From assembly GCF_011745625.1 (NCBI RefSeq), contig NW_027191453.1:992001-1056000 (forward strand): a stretch of DNA of 64,000 nucleotides, in the 5' to 3' direction. Below are positions 10,864 to 20,709 of the stretch, piece after piece. Below the pieces are notes generated by a model. It ran no database searches, was not told the DNA's origin, and worked only from the letters and a program-made list of their open reading frames with translations. How positions within the stretch are numbered: the first letter of the stretch is position 1; each line of letters opens with the position of its first letter. The translations under genes were made by a program, and so were the position numbers. Source of the DNA: Cladosporium halotolerans. Taxonomy: Eukaryota.

Positions 10864-12232
10864 CTAAAGCTCCTTCTCACCAGCCTTCCCACTACCAACC
10901 TTCCCATTCACACTCCCATTCACCTCCACCATCCCAGCCGCAGCCTTCTTCTTCCTCCTCTCCGCCGGCAACCTCCAACTCGTCTCCCAACCATACAGTG
11001 CCCCGCTGCCAAACACCAGCGCCGACCCCAGCACCATCAGCGGGCTCAGGCGGTGCCCGAAAATCACCGTGCTGAAGATGAAGCTCACGAGCTTGCGGAT
11101 GTTCAGCACGATCGTCACCGTGACCGCCGAGCTCTTCGCCGACAGCAAGTTCACGCCCGAGATGCACGCCAGCTGCGCGAGGGCGTTCAGCAGCAGGAAC
11201 AGCACGCCCTGCGGCATCGCTTCCGCGACGGCGAGGGCTTGCGAGAGGAGCGCGTCGGTTGCGCTGGCGCCTGCGATGCCGGCGTGGGGCGCGTAGGGTT
11301 GCAGGTCGAGGGGCGGCGTGGAGGCGAGGCGGCTCCATTGGCTGCGCAGCGTGCTGGAGATGGGCAGGAAGAGGGGCAGCGCGAGGAAGTGCGAGTAGAA
11401 GAGGTTCTCGGTCCAGCTGGCGCCGTATGCTGCGTAGGTGTCTTCGACGTACGCGCCCATGTAGGCGGAGAGGGATTGGGCGATGAGTAGTATGGCGAGG
11501 CCGGTGGTGAATTCGGCGTTTGAGGCATTGGATTCGACTTTCATGGCTTTGCCCTGATTTGCGTTAGGATGTTTGCCTTGAAATGTTCCTTAAACAGGTC
11601 CGACACGCACCTTGCTTAGCGAGTCTGCCCAGGCGCTCACAAGCACGCCGACTGTCAAGATAGCGACGCTGCCGACTTGCAGCTTTGAGTACCGCTTGCC
11701 TCTAATGACGCCGGCAAGCATCGTCGTGACACTGCCAAAACTGCGCAGAATGATGTGCACTGGCACGGAGATGTTGAAAGCGAATGCCCAGTTGTTGAGC
11801 ATGTTGATGCTATAGAACAGGAACGCGATATACGCCCATCGCCACATTGGAACGCTGCCTTTGCCATTGTTGCTTTTCGCGTTGGCGGCGAAGAGAGGTG
11901 CTGGGCTTGCGGTCACGCTAATGAAGGCGAATTGGAGGAATGTGATCAAGAGGCCTGTGGTTTGTACATCAGAAATTTTGTACCGTACAAGTTGCCCATG
12001 TGATCGTGATATGTTCATACCGCTGTCTGGCTCATTCCTGTTGCATTGCTGTCAGCTTGTCTGCTGTTTCGAGATGGATTTTTCGACGAACCTTATTATT
12101 CCTTCGAGAGCGAAGACCTGTATACAGTCAGTCATGTACTTGGTTAGAAAGTACCAAAAGTCTAGTTACATTACTGCAGCATCCGCCGAAAATGAGCCCA
12201 ACGACGCTCACTGGCACGAGGACTGATGCCAT
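10864..12232 (-). CDS. YEA4: UDP-N-acetylglucosamine/nucleotide-sugar transporter (UAA family, SLC35B4-like), ~379 aa
   Basis: Spliced N-terminus LIFGGCCSN|VFALEGII, plus NNWAFAFNISVPVHIILRS, WTENLFYSH and VTIVLNIRKLVS. Exons are 12170-12232, 12092-12117 (26 nt), 12021-12037 (17 nt), 11611-11954 and 10864-11553. Confidence 0.92.
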
Positions 12233-12629
12233 TAATGGAAACGTCTCCTGTACGGGCTGAATTTGCTACGGCCTGGTGACAGGTCGCAATTGTTACAACA
12301 CACTCGCAATCTCTGGTCACATCAATTTGTTCGACGCTCGATGAAATGAAAATGATTGAATTTGTGCTGATACGTGCTGTTGACCGCGAACCCCAGCAAT
12401 CACAAGGCTGGCAGGGGCGTGACGCCGGACGCCAAGGCCAGACGTTCGGAATGCCTTCACAACAGCGGCAGCTAAGGTGTGCCGTACCTTATTGTTCCCT
12501 CGCCAGATCTCGAAAGCAGGCTGGTTCAAGTGCCTTAGGGACTTCGATAATAACCTGAAAACGTGTTTTGTATCGATCAACAGATTTTCATCCGATCACG
12601 GTTGACAATCACGCCCAAGGACCCTAGTC

Positions 12630-13230
12630 CAACCACATCAACAATCGCAAACACACGTCCCTCACAACTTTCCCATACCCGCCCTTCGCTTCGACAAGCG
12701 AGCATCACGGCAACCCGGCCATAACCCTACACTACACGCCCCTGTCAAATCTCAATGTGCATATGTATACTCCACCCCACCACCTGCACCAAATCTCCCC
12801 ACCCCTGCCCCCCATCACGGAAAAACTCCCCTCCAGGCCCCCCAGCCAGCCAGCCAACGGACCGATGACGAGCTCGCCTCTAGACTTTCGCGGTCCACGA
12901 TCGGCTTGAGAGCAAGATCGCGGCTTTCGTCCGCCCCTGCAGGAGGAGCCGAAAGCGAGGCAGGCGAGTCGTCAAGCTCGCTTGCGCGCCGACCCACCCT
13001 CGCGCGTGCTTTTGGGGCAAGTCCTCCGTTGTCCCGGCTGTTTGGGTTTGACGGTTTATGCCAGTGGGTTTTGGGTTTGTATTGCGTGCTGTGAAGATAG
13101 CTGCGCTAGTGCTGGGTCGTGCGAACTTAGGGAGAGCGAAGCGAGGAGGGGTTGCGCGATTTGAGGATGCGGCTGGATGTTGCGCTCATGGAGCGTGTTC
13201 TGTTGCGGATGGGTTGATGTCGAGGTTTTG
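12630..13230 (-). ncRNA. Candidate long structured non-coding RNA of unknown class (rod with branched head)
   Basis: Nested complementary segments found by eye: 12635-12642/13213-13220, 12686-12693/13137-13144, 12720-12739/13103-13121, 12855-12861/13025-13031, 12866-12879/12962-12974 and 12923-12929/12950-12956. TATAAAA lies on the minus strand at 13256-13262. No credible long ORF. Confidence 0.5.
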
Positions 13231-13308
13231 CACGAATCGTGGGTCAGACGCAAAGTTTTATAGATTCCGGCAAAGCGGCAGCCATCAGAATTCGACCATC
13301 GAGCTTCG

Positions 13309-13391
13309 GGTTCTATAGTGTAGCGGTTAGCACTTCGGATTCTGATTACATCGGCCTTCCGGCAACCCCGGTTCGATTCCGGGTAGGACCT
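13309..13391 (+). tRNA. tRNA-Gln(CTG) with an 11-nt intron
   Basis: Acceptor stem GGTTCTA/TAGGACC, D-arm with TAGCGGTTAGC, anticodon stem TCGGA/TCCGG, anticodon CTG at 13342-13344, intron 13346-13356, T-arm CCCGG-TTCGATT-CCGGG, followed by a T-rich Pol III terminator. Confidence 0.95.
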
Positions 13392-14109
13392 TTCCTTTTG
13401 CTATTCCTAGTAGCGAGTGCAGCACATGTTATTTTGCATGCCGTTTGTGTTTTGCAGGCCATATGGGGGCATGGGTGCGTCATGGGCCATTGGATTCTGG
13501 CTAGAAGCTGGACATGGAATGCACGCACACGACGCATACGCAAACTCAACCCAGGATTAGGGCCAAGTAAGACACCAACATGTTGGCCGAAACATGGTGC
13601 TCCGATCCACAGAAACAACTCAACAGTCACGAGTGACGGAAGACAGACAAGAAGTCACAGTCCGAACGAATTTTCTTTTTCTGAGCGCGCAGCCGCCGTG
13701 CAATAATGTAAGCTAAAGTTAAGGTAAGGTACTCCCACGTCAAAGGCGCACGGGCTGCCGCCGCGCGATGCGATCGATCGACAGGAAGGTAAGGAAAGGA
13801 AGGAGAAGGGAGAAACAAAGCAAGCAATGGGACCCGTGGGCCTTGAAGGGATTTTGCGGTCGTCGACAGGAGAATTGAGAAGGGAAGGAGAATCAACGCC
13901 ATATTCGCCGGCTCGGGGACATCCTCCTGGGCGGTGTTTTTTGGGGGAATTGGCAAGAATAGAGGGAAGGAGAAAGTTACGGGGGTTGCCCGCCCATACC
14001 CAAGGCCATAATGGGACACCGATCCGATCCGTGAAAGACAAACGAAAAAGAAGAAGACGGAGCAGAGTGCAAGTTCATCATGCTCGTTGGGACGACGGAA
14101 TAGACTGCG

Positions 14110-17100
14110 CTACGCAACGCCCATTGCCCGGTTCTGGCCCCGCGAATCCCAATTCTTTCCCTGCTGCTGTCCACCGTTCCTGGTCGGGCTCCCGCCGTGG
14201 CTTTCTGTGCTGCCGTTGTGCTGCGTGTTGTAGGGCAAGTTGGGAGCGTGCAAGGCGCCCGAGGAGCCTTCGGCCGCGACGGCGCGGACGGAGCTCTCGT
14301 TGCGCCAGGCGTCTTGCTGGTGCGGGTCGGTGTCGACTCTGGTGACAACGGGTGTACCGCCTGCCGTTCCGGAAGAGCGTGGAGGGTGTTCGGCAATCTC
14401 GTGAGGAATGGAGTTGCCGACTGTGGGCGCTTTGGCGCGGTCACCATAGCGCTTGAGGATCTCTTTCGTGGTGATCTCGGCATTGTTTGACCACAGGCCG
14501 GAGTCATTGAGAATGAGGGCAAGATCTTCGGGAACCTATAACAGATGTGTTAGTAAAGTCATCGAGATTAGGGAGCTAGGAATTATGAATGACATACCTC
14601 ACACATGCTTTCGTTGCACTCAATCAAACTGTGCACGGCCTCAATGGCCAAGAATGTCTCGTCCACGCCGTTTTCGGGCCTGTTCTGCCTAGGTTCATCT
14701 TTGTATGGCGAGTAAAGAACATTAGGCGTAATAACTGTAGCCAGGTTGTGGATATCCATCTTGCTGCCGGACTCTTCATCGACGTGACTGAAAGAGCTCA
14801 CCCAGTTCAGAAACGTGAACAGGACTTCCAGAGTATCACGATGCGCTTTGGGTAAGAGACAGCATGTCAAGTGGAGGAGTCGCCTCCTGCGATCTGCTTC
14901 CTCGATTCGCTGCGATGTGATCCAGAGCTTGAACAGCTTGTGAGTGAGCAACGGATCCGGCAATTCGCGCAGGAACTTCTTCAGTAACGCAGCCACCTGG
15001 ACGGGGTTTTCTTTGCTGAGGTCGACCTCAACTGCACCCTTGAGATCGATTTCAGCTTTGACGTCGTTAAGGCGTTTAATATTGCCGTTTTTGCGGAAGA
15101 CACCTTCAACCGACATGTCCATCGTCTTCATCGCGCTTACTGCTTCTTGCACCAGGCTTGGTACTTTGAGCGATCCTGGGCCAACGCAGTCTGTACTCTC
15201 CTCATAGTCTCTTTCGAGAAGCTGCTCAAGCGGGATGCCGAAGATGGCGTTCTTTGACGCCTTAGCTTTCTTTTCTTTCGGAGCGAAAGCCTTGCCGAAC
15301 TTGCTCCAAAAGGTAGGTCGCTTTGTCTCGATGAGATCCAGCAGCTCTTCTTGATTGAAAAACCCATCGAGGAGAGGTTCCATCGAGAGCACAGCGACGT
15401 GTCGTACGATGAAATATTCGAGAGCAGTCAGCTCCGAGAAATATCTCTTCGTGCCAGCAAGTCGAACATCGCCACCTAGGCCAGGTTTGTCTTCATGGCT
15501 GAGGTCGCGCGATCCAGAACCTTTTACAACCTTCAGCTTGGGTTCCTGAGGTATCATGGGCTGGCGGGCAAATCGTGAAGCGTTGGGCCTCTGCTCCCTG
15601 GTTTGCTGGGCTTGCACGATGCGAGGGATGTCGTCAAGGGTCATCGTGTCCTGTCTGCCGAAAGTGAGTTGCGATGTGAGTTCTCCTTTGGAATCGCGAT
15701 CCTCGACGATCTGAAAGGTGCCTGTCTGCCTTCGGTTTCCGCCGTCAGCAGAGCCGGGTCGCATGCCTTCCGGGCCGTCGATGATCCTTGACGTACGCGC
15801 TTGTCGTCCGGCATTGGAGAGATGTTTGTCCATTCTGGTGCTTCGAAGCCGTCGGATATCACCCATGGTGTCTTCATAGTCGTTTTGTTGTTTGTCAGAG
15901 CCAGACCGTCCAGCGTAGGATCGTGACCTCGTGTTAGAGCGTCGAAGGGGCGGTTCGCCCTCGTTACTCGGAGTATGACCCTCCCTTGAGTTGTAGTCTC
16001 CAAGATTCGGATCGTCGCTGGTATGCGGCAGAGCGCCACTAGTCCTAAGAGTGGCGAGCAGTCGCGCGTGTGCTACTCTGAGTAGATGGACGTATTGCTG
16101 CAGCCTAGTGACTGACGCAAAACCGCCTGCCCTCGCTTCCGCTGGAGCGTGAACATCGCAGAATATGCGTCCGTTCGCCTCGTTCTGACGAGCTGAGCCC
16201 GGGTCATCACTGAAATCTTTGCCGCACTTCGAACAGGTCAGACACTGTGTGTGAATCACGCGGTGATCTTTGCGGAAAGACTTGTCCTCGACCGCTTTGT
16301 TGCACACCGGACATGTGTCAGCGCTGCGGTCCACGTACGCATCGGCGTCGGCTTTGGAGTCTCGGTTGCTTTCAGCCTCTAGACAATCGTCCAGTCTGCC
16401 AATGTCGCTCAAAAAGCTTTCCAAGCCCTCGGCATTGCGAGTGTCACGCTCGAGTTTGAGAGCGCCGGACAAGCAGATGCGAATCATGAGCTTCAGGTAG
16501 TGGGCCAGACCAGTCACCAGAGAGAGTAGTTCTTGAGTTACACCAAGCCTCCGAACGCCGGTGTCTTGGCTCTCGGCCAATAGCTGAAAGAACGCAACAA
16601 CCTTCTTACAGAGGAGTTTGGCTTCTCTGCTGTAGCTGAGACCTGGGTGCACGATGGCGTCAAATGTTCGCACGCCTTTGCCGGGTGCGTTGTTCGCTGG
16701 CCGATTCTGCAGACGATGATCCAGTGCGTCGGCAGCGCTGAAGAGCAAATCGACGTGAGTGATGAACTTCTTAGCCGCAACAACTCCGTCCATATACGCT
16801 CCGTTCGAGACGTGAAGAAGCATGTCCGAAATGCAAGTCGCTGACCGCTCCTCGAAAGTCGACAAGGTCTGCCAGATCCAGTGCACCTTATGCTCGACGG
16901 CTTCCTCTTCGTTTCGTACGTTGCGGCGCACCTCCTCATTCGCGTCTTCATCCTTCCTATCGTCGCCTGGCTGGTCGCCTTGCTGTTCTGAAGCGTCTGC
17001 ATTCTTTGAAGGCGGCGCGTGTAGCCTGACATTCCAGTACTTGTGAATCATATAGCACTCCGGGTGCCAGTGCTGATTCACACCATTGCGGAAGATCTCG

Positions 17101-17828
17101 ACGAATTGCTTCAAGATGGCTGTCTGGCAGCCATTGCATTTCTGCGCGAACTTTGTCGAGTAGTGGTAATGGCAGTATACGTTGCTCTCGTGCTCGTAGT
17201 ATGAATCCTGCGCGCCGAAAACAGTGGGACAAACACTGCAGGTGAAGTGCTCGATGTGGTATTTGCGATCCAAGGCGGTGATGTACGAGCCACGGAGCGC
17301 GCCCTTGCAGGCGTGACACAGAAGGTCGAGTCGGCGGAAGTAATCTGTCTCGCACAGCGGGTACTGATTCGGTGGTTGATCTGGAACAGGGAAGAACTTC
17401 GAGGCTACAATCTTGTGGCAGTCCTAGATTCACGTAAGCAGCGGCCTCACACGCGTTTGAGTAAAAGCTGCACTCACATGGCAGGTAAAACACTCAAGGT
17501 GGTAAGTTCCACCAAGAGCCCTCACAAACTGCCCCGTCAGATGGTTGCCGCATTTCCCACAGATTCGCTGCTCTTTCGGCTCCTTCGTCGTTCCACTGGG
17601 CCTCCTGGGATTGCCTCTCGCTCGCTCCACCACTTGCTGTTCACTACCGCCTTCCATTATCCTGTCCACTCTCTCTTGCTGTGCAGAGACGTTCCCCGGC
17701 TCTGCGCCTCCACTCTTCTGCCGTCGGTGTCCTTGACCATTCGCAACTGGCTCAAGCTGTCCTGTGGGATACTCGCTGTTGGAGCCATTGGCGGCGCCCG
17801 CTGGCCGATCCTCCGATGGGAGACCCAT
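14110..17828 (-). CDS. LRG1: LIM-domain Rho GTPase-activating protein (Lrg1/Rga1-type)
   Basis: LIM domains (CGKCGNHLTGQFVRALGGTYHLECFTCH|DC, CSVC, CNGC, CPVC) and a RhoGAP domain (VEGVFRKNGN, AALLKKFLRELPDPLL, SKMDIHNLATVITPN). Introns at 17424-17477 and 14536-14597; stop TAG at 14110-14112. The start is uncertain: a further intron at 17838-17932 links an upstream in-frame segment in which I found no ATG. Confidence 0.9.
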
Positions 17829-19072
17829 CCCGACAATCTAGTGGGCCTCCCCGCCCAATGTAGTCCTGCTTGCTGTGCCCTAGAGGCCGCTGCTGCCCTT
17901 TGGTACGCGATAAACACCCCCGATTGGCTTACCTTGTAATCGATGGGTGTTCGCAGTTTTGACGTGTCGATCCGTGGCCTCGGGATGTCGTAGATTGGGA
18001 GAGGCTCGTGTTCGGGGTCCCACGCGGACACGCGGTGGTCGAAGTTGCTGGTGATGGCGTGGCGGTGTCGGTTCAGGTAGGTGATGTGCTGGTCTTCTTC
18101 CTCGGCCGGCGCCAGGCTAGTGCCGACATCAACAGGCTAGTTGTTGTGTCGGCAATGTGCGCTCTCGGTGGCAGCTTGATGGCGATCGCGGACCCTGTCG
18201 AGGGAGCGATCTGAAACACCAGGGGATCCGTATGCGCGGCAAAGGGTGGCCAGAAATAGCGCGGCGAAGATGGCGGGCGGTACAGGCTGCGGGGGATCGT
18301 AGGAGTAAGATTCGGGAGGCGGAATGGTGCTGGGGTCGGTGGTGTTGATGCTCGTGGCGTAGCGGAGGTGCGGGAGAGTGTTGTCGAGCGGAATGCGCGC
18401 GCGCGAGACGAGGGGCGGCGGAGATGCGGAGGGGGTGTTGACGGGCTAAGGAGTGATGGGAGGATGGGCATGCGGTCAGACGCCGCGTGTCAGGGCGACG
18501 AGTATAGCGCTGGGTGTGCGACGACGCATATAGCTACAGCGACCGCATGTCCTGTTCACTTCGCCTCTGCGTACGCGTGGGCGTGGTGGAGGGTAGAGGC
18601 GACAGAGTGATGCCTCAGGTTCACACCGCTCGCTCGGGTGCTTGCTGGGTAGAAGCCGAGGGCGGTGCCGCGACAAATACGAGACGATACGCCTATATGT
18701 CAAGTGCGTATCTTCACGGACACTGGCTACAGCTACATAACAGCGCCCTAATCCAATGTCTCTGGCAAGCAGCAACATAGGTCACTCCCCATAACGGCCA
18801 GTATCCAGTACCACGCGCTGCAATCCTACACTACCGCCAGCCGTCTTCACGCGACCCGCGACCCCAAGGTTCACAGTCTGCGGACGCTCCCGCAACCTAA
18901 ACCTAATCCGCCGTCCATAGGACCGCAGCCCTGGCCCTGGCACTGGCCCTACAGGACTATCAGCAAGACAGACAGCCGTCAACGCAGGTACGCAGCGCAG
19001 TCTTCACCTCACGAGCCGCACGACACACAAAGGCGCTCCCCGCTTCACACACACCGGCATCTACCACACACC

Positions 19073-19585
19073 ATGGCCAACCAAACGCCCCTCGCCATCA
19101 CCGCGCGCCGCCGCCCCAAGCCCACGGGCGACGAAGAAGCGACGACAAACCTCAAACTCGGCGAGATGTCGAACAGCGCCGCGCTCAGCACTGCGGCCGC
19201 GCACGAATTGCTGACGCGCATCGAGGAGGCGCGCGCGCAAGATCCCAAGCTGCCCCTTGCCTACAACGACCTTATCAACAAGAACAACGCGTACCTGGCG
19301 ACGTTCGCGCGCTTCAAGGGCAGCGAGACGGTGCAGCAGGTGACGAGCGAGGCCGAGACGCTCACGCAACTGGCGGAGTTCGAGAGGGCGCAGTTGGGTG
19401 AGTTGAATATGGAGGGGAGGGTAGAGTGAGGACAATGAGTGCTGACGGAGGATGCTACAGGAACGCTCTGCTGCGACACGGCGGAAGAAGCGCGCACGCT
19501 CATCCCTTCGCTCGAGGGCAAGATCAGCGATGACGATTTGCAGGCTGTGCTCGACAATATCTCCAAGCTGCGCGACTTTTCGTAG
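19073..19585 (+). CDS. RPB4: RNA polymerase II subunit 4
   Basis: GDEEATTNLKLGE...YLATFARFK...FERAQLG|TLCCDTAEEARTLIPSLEGKISDDDLQAVLD. Intron 19398-19460 (GTGAGT...GCTGAC...CAG). Confidence 0.93.
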
Positions 19586-20709
19586 AATGACAAAGTTGAT
19601 CACGTGGTTGGAAAGGGAGGGCAGAGCGACCAGGAAATGACCTGACTGTTACGGTCAGGCCTGAGGTCAAGCAAGTCATCATACTGAGGGGGCATGATAT
19701 TCAGTCTGTCTCGAATTGTTCATGAGATGTTTTTAGCGAAGGCGTTCGGATATGGTACGAAGCAAATCCCGCAGGAGCGGAGGAATCAACTGGGGCAGAA
19801 AACATGGTCAGGATACGGCAGCGTTACGCATTCACGAGCCAGAAGAAATATAAATCACAAGAACAGCGATCCCTTTCAAAAACCATAATCCCCTACGCAT
19901 GCTTGGCACCGTCGTACGTGTGCCACGTAGATTTACTGGCCAGAGTCACAACTATAGATGTCACAACTCTGCTTACCCACTGCCTTGATACTCAGAACAT
20001 CACCTTCGAAGTCTAATAGCGAAATCGAACACTTCCCAGAACGCACCAGGCAGAAACATCCTTCCATTCTTCAGTCGCACAAATCGAGAAAAAAAAATTG
20101 AAGTGTCTCTCATGTCAATCAAGCTATAGGTAGTACCCGCTATGCTACACTGCGCAATCTGGCCTCGCAACGACGACAACAATAACGAAAAAATACACCA
20201 CACTTTCCTTCCCTCCGCAATGCTCGCTTCGCTCGCAAATCGCCCGCTTGAACGCAAGCAAGCCAGAAGCGAAGCGGAACAAATGCCAGCCTGCCAGCCA
20301 CCCTCCTGTGTTTTTCGGAGGAACAGAGAAACAAAAGAGACGAGAGAGAGAGAAGGAAATACGAGATGAGAGCGAGAGCAAGGGCCATCTCGACAGAGAT
20401 GCCCGAAAGTGGAAAGAAAAGACAGAGCAGCGAATGTGAGTTTCCCGCGTGCACATAGAGCACCGCAGAATGAGGAAAAAGAAAAGAGGAAAAAGCCCAT
20501 CCAACGCCTTGCTTGAAGATTCGCGAGCGCAGTCGCACGACGGCGTCTTGTTCGCATGTCGTACATTCTGCGGGCGCGGAAAAAGACAAAACGAGATCAG
20601 GAAGACTGATTTGTGGGGTGAGGGAGAGATGGTAGTGTCGTTAATGCGTAACAATGGAGTGAAAAGAAAGATAAAAGGGAAAAAAAGCAGGACATAATCG
20701 CTTCGTAAA

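Noticed and set aside
12722..12729. TAACCCTA as a telomerase RNA template on the + strand
   Set aside because: Only 8 nt. On the minus strand it forms part of a G-U-rich helix. I saw no U/A-rich pseudoknot or Sm site, and the tRNA leaves only ~600 nt, well short of known Pezizomycotina telomerase RNAs. Not fully excluded without a covariance search.
12880..12900. GAAAGUC as RNase P/MRP CR-I or a hammerhead core
   Set aside because: No matching CR-V/P4 partner and no CUGAUGA core in the right geometry.
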